A stretch of 64,000 nucleotides of DNA from a bacterium (GTDB lineage Bacteria; SAR324; NAC60-12), in NCBI GenBank assembly GCA_965205865.1, contig CBDBHR010000010.1:32001-96000 (forward strand), given 5' to 3'. This document shows, in pieces, positions 43,667 to 53,827 of the stretch. Positions within the stretch are counted from its first letter, which is position 1. Each line of letters begins with the position of its first letter. The translations under genes and the position numbers were made by a program. Below the pieces are notes generated by a model, which saw only the letters and a list, made by a program, of their open reading frames with translations, made no database searches and was not told the DNA's origin.

Positions 43667-44047
43667 TCAGTCTTCAATGTAACGTATGGGGCTTTCTCCA
43701 TCGTCTTTGACATCAAATTCCTTCATTCGCTCTTCTTCTTGTTGACAATTGATGCAAAGCCTGGCGAATGGGACAATCATCAACCGTTTTTTGGAGATCG
43801 GTTCACTACATTCTTCACAGTTCCCATAATTGTTTTCTTCAATGCGTCTAATCGCTTCCTCGATTTTTTCTAATTTTTCTTGTTCGCGGTCATGCAAAAG
43901 CATGGTCAATTTCCGTTCCTGCTCTTCCACGGAACTGTCAATTTCGTCTCCAATTTCATGTTCTGTGACAACCTGTTCCTTATTTTTAAGAATTTCCTCG
44001 ATCAGGTTTTCTTTTTCTTTCTGCAACATTGCTTTGATGTCCTGCAT
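43667..44047 (-). CDS. dksA: DksA/TraR C4-zinc-finger protein
   Basis: DEID coiled-coil tip, YGNCEEC...I...RL..VP.ARLCINCQ. Confidence 0.85.
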   Translation of the reverse strand: MQDIKAMLQKEKENLIEEILKNKEQVVTEHEIGDEIDSSVEEQERKLTMLLHDREQEKLEKIEEAIRRIEENNYGNCEECSEPISKKRLMIVPFARLCINCQQEEERMKEFDVKDDGESPIRYIED

Positions 44048-44217
44048 CTTCCCGTCCTTCTGCTCTCAAACAATCCTTTTATGAAACGAATAAGAACCCG
44101 CGATTTTGACAGTCGGAACAATTTCTGACAGTGAAACATGCAAAATGCCCCTGCTTTTAGTACTTAGCGAAACTGCTCTTTGAAATCGTGAATTTTTAGA
44201 GGATTTTTATCTGCAAG

Positions 44218-45558
44218 TCAAGAGAAATTATTCGATCGTCTCTCAGCGCGGCGTGATAAAACTGCTGCGAATAACCCCATCAAATCAGGAGAAGGCAGTG
44301 TTTTGTAATAGCCTTCTTCTGTCAAAAAAGGCATGCCGGGTTTGCAATGAGATAAAAATTGTCGAAACGGGAGAATAGCATAATCCGGATGGTTTATCAA
44401 AAACTGTTCAATTTGAAGTTCGTTTTCTTCCAACTCCAAGGAGCAAGTCGCGTATACCAGCATGCCCTCCGCCTTTAATAGATACGATGCTTGGTCTAAC
44501 AGCTGCTGTTGTATGTGAGTTTTGCTCAACAAGGCTTCCTTGGAGGCAATCCACTTTATATCCGGATTTTTGCGAATCGTACCTGTTGCAGAACAAGGAA
44601 CATCCAGGAGAATCACATCAAATGGCTCTTTGAATGGAAGTTTCAGACCATCTGAGACGAGCAACCCCGATGTCGGAAGTCGCAAACGTTGCATATTTTG
44701 ACGAAGCTTTCTCATCCGTTTTGGAGAATTATCATTGAAAAAGAGTCGTTGCGGATGAGGCGCTTGTAGAATCCCGATGGATTTCCCCCCAGGTGCTGCG
44801 CAGACGTCCAGAATTTTTCCCTTCCAGAGAGGTGCCGTGCAATCCAGAAAAATTTGAGAGGAGCTGTCCTGCGCATAACACGCTCCCTGCTGAAAAGCAG
44901 TCGTATGGAACAAATCGGCCGCGTTTTCAACTACCAGAGCCTGAGCGGCGATTGGATGCAAGCGTACCGAGAGACCTTCTTTTTCAAGGCATTCTAAGAG
45001 ATTTTCCCGTTTCCAGGGAGGCATGCTGCGAACCGTGACTCCTTCAAAAGTATTATTGGCCGTGCAAATGGATTCTACTTGCGCCGGTGTGTAAAATTTT
45101 TGCCAGCGGGCCACCATCCAATCCTGGTGGGATGTTCGAATTGCCAAAGGTTGACGGTGATAGGAATAATTTTTTTCCATATCACGCGCGAAATTCCTCA
45201 GTACGGCATTGATGAGAGCCTTTTGCGCGATGATACGGAAAGGATGGGCCAAAGCAACACTCTCATAGATGCTGGCGCGAATGGGAATGCGGTCCATGAA
45301 AAGAAGTTGATAAATCCCCAATACCAAAATTCCCACCACACTTTTTTGCAATTTGTGGAATGGTTTGTCCACCCGATTTTGGATTTCCGCATGCAACAAG
45401 CGTCGATGGCGGATCATGCCCTGCAAGAGATGGAAATAAAAACGACGATCTTTACGGGTCTTCAATTGCTCCGGAAGCTGATCCTGCCAGTGGGAGGAGT
45501 GGGGGAATTTTAGAAAATCTCTCACTACCAGAAAACGAACTCGATCATAAACCATCAT
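44218..45558 (-). CDS. rsmB: 16S rRNA m5C967 methyltransferase
   Basis: NusB-like N-terminus (GIYQLLFMDRIP, INAVLR), QDSSS, LDVCAAPGGK, DVPCSATG, YATCS. Confidence 0.9.
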   Translation of the reverse strand: MMVYDRVRFLVVRDFLKFPHSSHWQDQLPEQLKTRKDRRFYFHLLQGMIRHRRLLHAEIQNRVDKPFHKLQKSVVGILVLGIYQLLFMDRIPIRASIYESVALAHPFRIIAQKALINAVLRNFARDMEKNYSYHRQPLAIRTSHQDWMVARWQKFYTPAQVESICTANNTFEGVTVRSMPPWKRENLLECLEKEGLSVRLHPIAAQALVVENAADLFHTTAFQQGACYAQDSSSQIFLDCTAPLWKGKILDVCAAPGGKSIGILQAPHPQRLFFNDNSPKRMRKLRQNMQRLRLPTSGLLVSDGLKLPFKEPFDVILLDVPCSATGTIRKNPDIKWIASKEALLSKTHIQQQLLDQASYLLKAEGMLVYATCSLELEENELQIEQFLINHPDYAILPFRQFLSHCKPGMPFLTEEGYYKTLPSPDLMGLFAAVLSRRAERRSNNFS

Positions 45559-45705
45559 TCTTTCCACAAATGAGTTCTTCTACAAGAATCCTTCAATTGC
45601 CAAAAAAACGCGAAGGGATTCCCGAAAAATTGATTTGAACTTCCCGTGGGTTATCGATATGCTTGGCGTTCATACCTTACGTCCCACTCATGCCTTGAGG
45701 GTGTT

Positions 45706-47028
45706 GTGCAGACTTTAGTTCGTTTTAACTCAAAACGTGTCCTGCCTTTGGGAGGTTGTCTTCTTCTTGGATTTTTGTTTTTCCTGCATTTCCACAATTC
45801 AGAGGCGGTTTCCGATTCCCCCTTTTGGCTTACGGTTGCTGGTGATTTGAGGGGTGAGATCAAACCCTGTGGCTGCAGTTCCGAAGGAGATATGGGGGGG
45901 TTGCTGCGTCGCGCCAGCTATCTGGAACAACTGCGTACATCCCGGAGTCCGGTCTACTATCTCGATTTAGGAAACAATTTTCCTCCCCCTTCCGAGCAAG
46001 GTCGTTTGAAGGTGGAATTGATTCAAAATACCCTGAAACGTCTTAAGCCTCTGGTTATTTTATTGGGCCCGAATGAATTGCTCTATGAGCAATCGCTTTT
46101 GGACCTGCAGCTTCCTTATATACTCACCAATGTTCGTGCAGACTGGTTTGTTAAAAAATCGCACTTTGAAATGCAGGCAGAGCAACGAATCGGCATATGG
46201 GGTTATCTCTCTCCCACGCAAATCTATCAAAACAAGAACGAGGAACAAGCTGTTTTTCCCGTTGACTCCACACTACTCGAGGAATGGCGTCAGGAGTTGC
46301 AAAAAAGCCGGGTCGACTATACCATTTTGTTGTTCCGGGGCAATGAAGAGGAATTAACCCAGTTCGAACAAAGTCATTTATTCGATCTCATCATCACTGG
46401 CAGCAACAACGATGATGAATTGAATCAGATTCTAAGCATGCAAACCGCAACAGGGACTTTTCCCGCAGTGCCCACTAAAGGGCAAGGCGCCCTCCAGGCA
46501 CACATTGATTTGAGCAACAAGTCACCTCAATTCGAGGTGATTTGGCTCTATGATGATTTTGCTGATCATCCTGAAATTTTGCCTTTTTTTGACGATTATA
46601 ATGAATACGTCAAAGAACTGTTTTTTACCAATCTTGATCGTATGGAAAAACACGAACGCGAAACCCCCTATGGGGGAGATATCATTTGTAAAGCATGTCA
46701 TATTGCCCAGCATGCAATATGGAGCAGTAGCGGACACAGTCATGCCTACGCGACCCTGCAAAATGTGAACAAGCATTTTGACTTGGAATGCTTGCAATGC
46801 CATGTGGTGGGTCTGAACCAAGATGGCTTCCTCAGTGCGGAACTGACCCCCACCCTGCTCAACGTGCAATGCGAGAATTGCCACGGGCCTGCCATGGCTC
46901 ACATCCGCAATCCAACTCAGGTGCATCCCCCAACCAAACCTGCCGGAAAAGCCTGTATTTCCTGCCATCGAGGCAGTCATTCTCCGACTTTTGAATTCTC
47001 AACGTACTGGGCTAAAATTGCGCATTAA
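45706..47028 (+). CDS. Tetraheme c-type cytochrome fused to an UshA/metallophosphoesterase-like domain
   Basis: Four CxxCH motifs (CKACH, CLQCH, CENCH, CISCH); GEIKPCGC..GGLLRR..YLDLGN; signal/TM segment; start uncertain. Confidence 0.8.
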   Translation: MQTLVRFNSKRVLPLGGCLLLGFLFFLHFHNSEAVSDSPFWLTVAGDLRGEIKPCGCSSEGDMGGLLRRASYLEQLRTSRSPVYYLDLGNNFPPPSEQGRLKVELIQNTLKRLKPLVILLGPNELLYEQSLLDLQLPYILTNVRADWFVKKSHFEMQAEQRIGIWGYLSPTQIYQNKNEEQAVFPVDSTLLEEWRQELQKSRVDYTILLFRGNEEELTQFEQSHLFDLIITGSNNDDELNQILSMQTATGTFPAVPTKGQGALQAHIDLSNKSPQFEVIWLYDDFADHPEILPFFDDYNEYVKELFFTNLDRMEKHERETPYGGDIICKACHIAQHAIWSSSGHSHAYATLQNVNKHFDLECLQCHVVGLNQDGFLSAELTPTLLNVQCENCHGPAMAHIRNPTQVHPPTKPAGKACISCHRGSHSPTFEFSTYWAKIAH

Positions 47029-47073
47029 AGAGATGCGTCACCTTTTTCAATCCTATCCGATTTCCCCTTTTCT

Positions 47074-47211
47074 CCTTTGGGAACCCCTCCCTTTGGGAAC
47101 CCCTCCCCGCGACACCTCACCCCCGACCCCTCCCTCAAGGGGTCGGGGGTTCCTCGGCGCGGGATTCTTTGATCCCTTGCGCAGGGGTTGGGGGTTCCTC
47201 GGCGCGGGATT
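47074..47211. repeat. GC-rich tandem and palindromic repeat cluster
   Basis: CCTTTGGGAACCCCTC x2; hairpin ACCCCCGACCCCT..AGGGGTCGGGGGT; AGGGGTYGGGGGTTCCTCGGCGCGGGATT x2 at a 45-bp period. Confidence 0.8.
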
Positions 47212-48781
47212 TTTCTTCCCGATTTTCCAACCAATTTAAGATAGCGGCCGGGTCCACAAAGCAATTGGGATAGGTCATTGTGGGGCGCTTTATCACAATC
47301 AAGGGAATATCCAACGTCAGGGCTGCTGCGGCTTTTGCTTGATAACCACCGGCTTCTCCGGAATCTTTGGTGACGATACAATCGACTTGCCAGCTCTGCC
47401 AAAGCGCTTCATTGAATGCCTGCGTGAAGGGCCCTTGCACGGCACAGATATGATTGGCCGGGACCCCGCAATCAATAGCGCGTTGCACGATGGAAGGGTC
47501 AGGAGTAGTGCGGATGAACCATTCACGTCGGGCAGAGCCTGAAGTGTCGAGAAAAATACCGAGATCTTTAGAACCGGTCGCCAAAAAGATGCGTTTCCCT
47601 TTGGCGATGGCGACTTTTGCCGCCTCTTCCATGGTTTGACATACCGTGATGGAGGGAGACTCGGGTGTCCCTGAGGGTTGGCTTCCCGGACGTTCCAAGC
47701 GTAAATATGGAATCTTCAGTTCAGCGGATAGCCGCATCAGTTGTGAGGAAATTTCAGTTGCAAAAGGATGGGTTGCGTCAATAAGGGCACAAGCAGAGCT
47801 TTCCTGTAGTTCTTGACGACGTATTGCGATGCCTTTTCTTCCTCCTGTTACCGGCAATTGAGGATATTTTTTTTTTACAAACGCCTTTCCATATTCAGTT
47901 GCCGTGGAAACTATGACGGAATAACCCCGCGTTCTCATCTCCGCAGCCAGGCGGTTGCCATCGCTGGTTCCGGAAAATACCCAATAAGCATGGTGAGGAA
48001 TTGCGCTATTCCTTTGAGTCGATTCAGCGACGTCTTGGTCGGACGCCTGCCATCCGAGATAACCCCGTGGGGTGACCAGAAAATTGCCTTTGCGACGCGT
48101 GAAACGATTGCCGACGATAATAGTGGTGAGCATATCGAATTGCTGATCGAGCAGATCTTCCAAGGCTACGATGGCAATTTTTTGCTCTTCACGATAAGCA
48201 TTACGCACCACCCCGCACCAGGTCGTTGACGGTTTATATTCTAACATGATACGCAAAATCCGATAAATCCCTTGCTGCCGCGCTTGGCTTTGGATGTTAT
48301 ATAAAACGGCTGCCAGATCGGCCTGCGCGATGGACGTCGCCCGTTTCTCAATCCAATCCCAAGGGCATAAAAGGTCTGAAAGCGAAAGGGCGGCAAAATC
48401 ATGGGACAAGGGCGCCCCTAAAAGTGAAGCACAGGCGTTGGCTGCCGTGATACCGGGAATGACTTCCACTTGAAAAGGTTCCTGCTCTTCCATCAACTCA
48501 AAGGCAAGGCCAGCCATGGCAAAGATGCCGATATCGCCACTGGATATCAAACTCACCTGCTTGCCGGCACGTGCCAACTCGATTGCTTTAAATGCCCGTT
48601 CTCGTTCTTGGGTGAGAGGGAAGGTATGGATTGCTTTACCTGCCAATTCCTCCTTGATCCATCGCAGGAAGCGATCATAACTGACAATCTCCTCACTCCT
48701 CTCAATGGCCTTCGTAGCCAAGGGTGGAATGAGCTCTTTGCTGCCAGGTCCAACGGAGACAAGATAGAGTTTACCCTGCAT
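47135..48781 (-). CDS. cobJ: Precorrin-3B C17-methyltransferase (CbiH/CobJ) fused to precorrin-6A reductase (CbiJ/CobK)
   Basis: ISSGDIGIFAM, GAPLSHDF, DMLTTIIVGN, TPRGY; then FSGTSDG, IDATHPFA, VTKDSG. Confidence 0.9.
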   Translation of the reverse strand: MQGKLYLVSVGPGSKELIPPLATKAIERSEEIVSYDRFLRWIKEELAGKAIHTFPLTQERERAFKAIELARAGKQVSLISSGDIGIFAMAGLAFELMEEQEPFQVEVIPGITAANACASLLGAPLSHDFAALSLSDLLCPWDWIEKRATSIAQADLAAVLYNIQSQARQQGIYRILRIMLEYKPSTTWCGVVRNAYREEQKIAIVALEDLLDQQFDMLTTIIVGNRFTRRKGNFLVTPRGYLGWQASDQDVAESTQRNSAIPHHAYWVFSGTSDGNRLAAEMRTRGYSVIVSTATEYGKAFVKKKYPQLPVTGGRKGIAIRRQELQESSACALIDATHPFATEISSQLMRLSAELKIPYLRLERPGSQPSGTPESPSITVCQTMEEAAKVAIAKGKRIFLATGSKDLGIFLDTSGSARREWFIRTTPDPSIVQRAIDCGVPANHICAVQGPFTQAFNEALWQSWQVDCIVTKDSGEAGGYQAKAAAALTLDIPLIVIKRPTMTYPNCFVDPAAILNWLENREEKSRAEEPPTPAQGIKESRAEEPPTP

Positions 48782-48790
48782 ATTGTTTCC

Positions 48791-49549
48791 TTATCTTGGT
48801 AAAAACACAGGATCTTCGACAATGGCGATCGCGATGCCGTTCCAGACCGTTTTCTCCAAAATTAACTCCCCACGTACACTGGCCAGCAAGGCGCAAGGCT
48901 CACATACGCCTGCCACTCCCACGTTCTGCCGCACCCATTGGGAAGACCGGGTGACCCAAGGACGTTTTGCCAGCAGTTCACCTTTGATTCCATGTAAAAG
49001 AAAACCACGACTCGCACACCACTGGCGCAGTCCTGGCTCTTTTTCCTTCAAATCAATCGTTGCGATTTCACGAACTTCCTGGAAGCTGCGCCCGATCTGT
49101 CGCAATGCTTGGCATACCGCATCTTCGATTTGATCAGATGCCACTCCCTTGCGGCAGCCAATGCCAATCACAAGCGGTTTGAGGGTTTCAGTAGCGGTGG
49201 TGACTACCGGAACTGCGCCTGTCAGTGTGGCGATGCGGTGGGCCAGTAAATTGGCTTTCCCTTCGTGACCTCCGAGCAGAGAAACCGCGTAACGTGACCC
49301 TTCGTCCAGCACGACTACTCCCGGATCTGAGTGTTTGTCCTGAGGCAATCCGTGTAAATAGCGCACTGCAATCCCTGTCGTCATCACCAACACCCACGGC
49401 GCGTATTCAAAAAACAACTCCGCAAACAGGGACCTCCCGGATTTTCCCGGATGCTTCCATGGATGCAACAACTCTCCGGAGAGTTTTTGTTGCAAAAAAA
49501 TACCCAAAGGTTCGGCTTCCTGGCGAACCAGCCAAATGCCTGGTTTCAT
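48791..49549 (-). CDS. cbiG: Cobalamin biosynthesis protein CbiG
   Basis: DKHSDPGVVVLDE, LLGGHEG.AN, TTAT, GIGCRKG, GVCEPCAL; start reassigned to the ATGA overlap. Confidence 0.9.
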   Translation of the reverse strand: MKPGIWLVRQEAEPLGIFLQQKLSGELLHPWKHPGKSGRSLFAELFFEYAPWVLVMTTGIAVRYLHGLPQDKHSDPGVVVLDEGSRYAVSLLGGHEGKANLLAHRIATLTGAVPVVTTATETLKPLVIGIGCRKGVASDQIEDAVCQALRQIGRSFQEVREIATIDLKEKEPGLRQWCASRGFLLHGIKGELLAKRPWVTRSSQWVRQNVGVAGVCEPCALLASVRGELILEKTVWNGIAIAIVEDPVFLPR

Positions 49550-50310
49550 ATCTTTTTTGCTCTGCGAAAACGGTGGGTGTATCGGTGAGAGTACAATTGA
49601 GATTCCTCCCGCAGTTCCTCTCCCAAAACGGATCCCACAAGAATCATGGTACACAAGGCCCATTCCTGGACTTTGATTTCATTGAGAATGTTACCCAGAG
49701 TGCCACGATGGACACGCTCTTCAGGCCATGTGGCTTTTTGAACCAGGGCAATAGGCGTGTTGCTGGCATAATGTTGACCGAGTTCTTTGACGATTTCCGG
49801 CAAACGGGGACCAGAGAGAAAAATACACAAGGTGGCCTGGTGCGCAGCAAGCTTTGACAAACATTCCTCTTCAGGCACCGGGGAAGCTCTTCCTGAAATT
49901 CGTGTCAAGATGACAGTCTGCGACATATACGGTTTGGTCAATTCCGTCTGTAAACAGGCTGCCGAAGCGGAAAAAGAAGAGACGCCCGGCACGATTTCAA
50001 AGGGGATCCGCAATTGACGCAATCGCTGAATTTGCTCAGCAATCGTTCCGTAGATTGTCGGATCTCCGGAATGCACACGGGCTACCTCCCAATCGTTTTG
50101 GCGGGCTTGTCGATAGTAAGCTTCCTGTTCTTCGAGGTTCAATAAAGCCGTATCGATCACTTTTGCAGCTTCTTGGCAATGCATGAGAATTTCCCGACTG
50201 ACCAGAGATCCCGCATACATCACCATTGGCGCTCTTTTGAGGATTTGGATGCCCCGCCAAGTAATCAGATCCGGAGCCCCGGGTCCTGCTCCTATAAAAT
50301 AGACTTTCAT
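49546..50310 (-). CDS. cobM: Precorrin-4 C11-methyltransferase (CobM/CbiF)
   Basis: FIGAGPGAPDLIT, YAGSLV, RVHSGDP, QTVILTR, ATWPEE. Confidence 0.93.
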   Translation of the reverse strand: MKVYFIGAGPGAPDLITWRGIQILKRAPMVMYAGSLVSREILMHCQEAAKVIDTALLNLEEQEAYYRQARQNDWEVARVHSGDPTIYGTIAEQIQRLRQLRIPFEIVPGVSSFSASAACLQTELTKPYMSQTVILTRISGRASPVPEEECLSKLAAHQATLCIFLSGPRLPEIVKELGQHYASNTPIALVQKATWPEERVHRGTLGNILNEIKVQEWALCTMILVGSVLGEELREESQLYSHRYTHRFRRAKKI

Positions 50311-51062
50311 AAATGCCGTTTTTCTCGTGGACGCTTGCGTATCAACATGGTGGATAAATAACCTGTTGCCTCTTCGGCATGTAATTGTGTCAGATCGTCA
50401 CATAAAATCTCTTTTTCGAACCCCAAATGTCCGGCAAAGGCACAAAACAGTTCGATCTTCATGGATTGCAGGAGTTGCAATACCCGGGGAAGCCGTTTGC
50501 CGATTTTCATGAGTACCACCACGTCATGGCTTTCAATGTCTTCCTGCAGACTTTCCATCGTTTCCGGGCAGGGTAGAATCAACAACCGTTCTTTTCCCTC
50601 ACCCAAGGGCCAGTTCAGGGAAGCGGCAATGGCAGCAAAACTGGTAATTCCAGGGAAAGTATGGTGAGGAACGTCGGGAAGCGCATCCAGTAACGCTGAA
50701 ATCGTATAACCATAGGTGGAATAGGTCAGGGGATCCCCCAGGGTGAGATAGCCTACATTTTTTCCCTGCTTCAACTCCTTGGCGATCAGATTCGAGACTT
50801 GAAGGTAATGCTCTCTAAGCACATCACGATTCGGGTCCATCTTGAAGGGAACTTCACGGAATTTTGCTTGGGGAATCTCGAGTCCTCTCAAACACCACCA
50901 TGCTTTGGAAACCTCTTTGGAGTCGGCTCTTGGACAGAAAATAACATCACAATCATCTAGTGCTTGCAGAGCACGGACAGGCACAAGCCCCGCAGGTCCC
51001 GGTCCTACCCCAACCCCATAAAAGGTGCCCAGATGATTTTTAGTGTCGGAATAGTGCGTCAT
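50307..51062 (-). CDS. cobI: Precorrin-2 C20-methyltransferase (CobI/CbiL)
   Basis: YGVGVGPG, TLGDPLTYST, PGITS, VVLMK, YLST. Confidence 0.92.
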   Translation of the reverse strand: MTHYSDTKNHLGTFYGVGVGPGPAGLVPVRALQALDDCDVIFCPRADSKEVSKAWWCLRGLEIPQAKFREVPFKMDPNRDVLREHYLQVSNLIAKELKQGKNVGYLTLGDPLTYSTYGYTISALLDALPDVPHHTFPGITSFAAIAASLNWPLGEGKERLLILPCPETMESLQEDIESHDVVVLMKIGKRLPRVLQLLQSMKIELFCAFAGHLGFEKEILCDDLTQLHAEEATGYLSTMLIRKRPREKRHL

Positions 51063-51086
51063 GATTCGTAACAATTCAAGCAAGCA

Positions 51087-52232
51087 TTAAAGTGTTCCAC
51101 GCAGTAGGGTTCGCTGCATGGCAATCAATCGCACTTGCACCTCTTGCGCGCGTTTTGTTTTTTTTTGAACAATCTCTGCGATTTGATTTTCCACCTCCTG
51201 CCAAAAAAGCATGGGGGACGTTTCTTTTTCCAGCAACCGGATGACCTGTTCCATGGAGGTCGATTGCCGGCATTTGTCAATCAGTAATGGTGCCATTCCG
51301 AAGTGTTTTGCTGCCCGGCATATCGCATACACGGCAGTCCTACTGGTTTTGGAATGAGTGTCCCATACCCGATCCAGCAATTTTGCCAATTTTCCGGGAT
51401 GTCCAACCAGCCAGAGCCGGGGAAGCACGAAATCATATTCCACCAGGGTTTGGTTCAACGAATCAATGGAAAATCCGACAAAATTGGACATCTGTACGAT
51501 GCGCTTAAGGGGGAATCCCAAATTCCGAGAAGCGAAACGCTGGCCAATATTTCCGGGAGTGAAGACAATCTCCCGGGGACGGTCGGCCATGGCAATCCGG
51601 ATGTACAATTCAATCGATGCCAGATAAGACGAGAGTGATTTGGGTTCGACAATGCCGGTAGTGCCGAGAATGGAAATTCCATCGACAATCCCCAAGCGAG
51701 CATTGTAAGTTTTTTTGGAAATTTCCGCTCCATTTTCACAGCCAATCTCGAGATCAAAGCCAACATCTCCCGAATACTCGACCTCATTCAGAATCTCATG
51801 GACGGCTGCAATCATCATTTGACGAGGGACGGGGTTGATCGCAGGTTCTCCGGGGGGGAAGGCAAATCCGGGTTCAGTGATCGTCCCTACTCCCATTCCT
51901 GCAATAAACCGAATTTTTGCTTGATTATTGGCTCGAGCAATCGCAAAAATCTTTGCTCGATGCGTCACGTCGGGATCGTCTCCCGCGTCTTTCTCCACAG
52001 TGGCCCGCACCCGACCCGGGTATTCCTCCAGGATGCTCAAAATGGGAATTATGATAAAATGAACACCGTCCACTAAATTGACCACGACCTCACAGCATTC
52101 CCTGCCTCCTACCAACTTGAGCAAAGCCGCTTTTACAGCAGCTGTCGCACAAGATCCGGTTGTCATTCCACGACGCAATCCGTTGGCTGCCGGTTCTTCA
52201 AAATCGAAAGGTTGTCGTGGCGGGAAGGTCAT
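51087..52232 (-). CDS. cbiD: Cobalt-precorrin-5B C1-methyltransferase
   Basis: LRRGMTTGSCATAA, KDAGDDPDVT, AINPVPR, GISILGTTGIV. Confidence 0.93.
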   Translation of the reverse strand: MTFPPRQPFDFEEPAANGLRRGMTTGSCATAAVKAALLKLVGGRECCEVVVNLVDGVHFIIIPILSILEEYPGRVRATVEKDAGDDPDVTHRAKIFAIARANNQAKIRFIAGMGVGTITEPGFAFPPGEPAINPVPRQMMIAAVHEILNEVEYSGDVGFDLEIGCENGAEISKKTYNARLGIVDGISILGTTGIVEPKSLSSYLASIELYIRIAMADRPREIVFTPGNIGQRFASRNLGFPLKRIVQMSNFVGFSIDSLNQTLVEYDFVLPRLWLVGHPGKLAKLLDRVWDTHSKTSRTAVYAICRAAKHFGMAPLLIDKCRQSTSMEQVIRLLEKETSPMLFWQEVENQIAEIVQKKTKRAQEVQVRLIAMQRTLLRGTL

Positions 52233-53827
52233 GCCGATGCCAGACGATTGACAGCTCGAATCATGAGGGCATTCATCACAGATGCTGCCCAAGGGGAACC
52301 CCCACGGTTACTGGTGTTGGTGATGTGAGGGACCATTTGGCATTGATTCAGTACTGCCTTGCATTCCCGGGTTCCGACAAACCCAACTGGCAAGCCAATG
52401 ATCAAGTGGGGACGCCAGTTTTGCTCATTGACAAGTCGCACTGCTTCCTTAACAGCAGTCGGCGCATCGCCAATAGCAAGCAACACATTGTCTCCCCATC
52501 GCTCCCAGGCACGTCGGATCCCTGCCGCAGACCGTGTGATCCCTCTTGCTTCTGAAAGCAATCGTGTATCTTCTTCATGCACTCCACAGAACGCCTCAAT
52601 TGCCAACTGGGAGATTAAATTCCTTTTCAATCCGCTCTGCACCATGGTCACGTCAGTAATGACATTGCTGCCGGAAATCAATGCTTGCACCGCCACTTCG
52701 ACGGCATTTGCAGAAATCCTCACGTCGTCCACGATTGAAAAATCACCACTGGCGTAAACCAGTCTCTGCAAGATTGGGATATGCGATTGCGAGAACCGGG
52801 ACCAATCCAATCCCTGTTCAATGATTCTGAAACTTTCAGCCTCTAATGGATGTTGTTGATACATTTCTGGTTTTTGTCCTGTCTTCCTTGCTTGCCCGCG
52901 TAAGGGAGGATGGGGGTCCTGGTGAGAGTGAGGGTGGTGATGAGCCTCTTGCATTCCCCGCACATGGAAATGATGGGCTCGCTGCTCGGTCCCTACTTCG
53001 TCTTCAAAACCGACAATTTGCGCACGGTATTTGCACAGACTACAATTCATTACTGCCCGTCCTTCGATTCCTTCCTGCGCTTTTTCCATCCAGACATCTG
53101 CCACATGTGGGTGCGCCCCAAGATAGTGCGCTTTCAGAATTTCAACTTCCGGATGACGCTCACTGACAGCATCCGCTACCTGATAAATCCGTTTGACCAG
53201 GATCCCTGTGAATAAAAAATATGGAATGACGATCAATCGTTTGAATCCCATACAGGCAGCAAATTCAATCCCTTCGGCGACGAGAGGTTTTGCCGTTCCT
53301 GAATAACAGACATAGGATCCTCCAAATCCCATCCCCTCCTCCATCATCCGTGCCAATTTGCTTACATTTGAATTGATATCCGGATCCGTCGTCCCTCGCC
53401 CGACCACTACCAGCAAAGTTTCAGAGCGTTTTGAGAGCAGGGAGGAATTTTCCTCTGCCCGAACAATCCTTTCCCGGAAAAGTTTCAGTAGCAAGGGATG
53501 GAGTTCCATAGCTCCCCCATACTGGAATTCGATTTGCGGAAATTCTTGCTTCATGGCCAGTAATTCGATGGGCATATCATTTTTGCCATGACTGGCGGCA
53601 AATAAGATGGCCGGGATCATTACGATACGCGTCGAGCCTTGCTGGATATTTTGCCGAATGGCGGTATTGATGGTGGGTGTCGCAAATTCTAAAAAACCAT
53701 GGGTGATGATTTGCTGGGGGTGAGTCTTTTTCAGCAATGAGATGGCTGTTTCAAATTCTTGCGTACCAGCAGCGTCCCGACTGCCATGACCGGCGACAAC
53801 GATGCCATAACTGGTTGTTTTTGACAT
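52229..53827 (-). CDS. cbiX: Sirohydrochlorin cobaltochelatase CbiX fused to precorrin-8X methylmutase CbiC/CobH
   Basis: GHGSRD, FLEF, GRGTTD, MNCSLCKYR, His-rich linker; then EAESFRII, TDVTMV, IGDAPTA, PVGFVG, RGGSPWAA. Confidence 0.9.
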   Translation of the reverse strand: MSKTTSYGIVVAGHGSRDAAGTQEFETAISLLKKTHPQQIITHGFLEFATPTINTAIRQNIQQGSTRIVMIPAILFAASHGKNDMPIELLAMKQEFPQIEFQYGGAMELHPLLLKLFRERIVRAEENSSLLSKRSETLLVVVGRGTTDPDINSNVSKLARMMEEGMGFGGSYVCYSGTAKPLVAEGIEFAACMGFKRLIVIPYFLFTGILVKRIYQVADAVSERHPEVEILKAHYLGAHPHVADVWMEKAQEGIEGRAVMNCSLCKYRAQIVGFEDEVGTEQRAHHFHVRGMQEAHHHPHSHQDPHPPLRGQARKTGQKPEMYQQHPLEAESFRIIEQGLDWSRFSQSHIPILQRLVYASGDFSIVDDVRISANAVEVAVQALISGSNVITDVTMVQSGLKRNLISQLAIEAFCGVHEEDTRLLSEARGITRSAAGIRRAWERWGDNVLLAIGDAPTAVKEAVRLVNEQNWRPHLIIGLPVGFVGTRECKAVLNQCQMVPHITNTSNRGGSPWAASVMNALMIRAVNRLASA

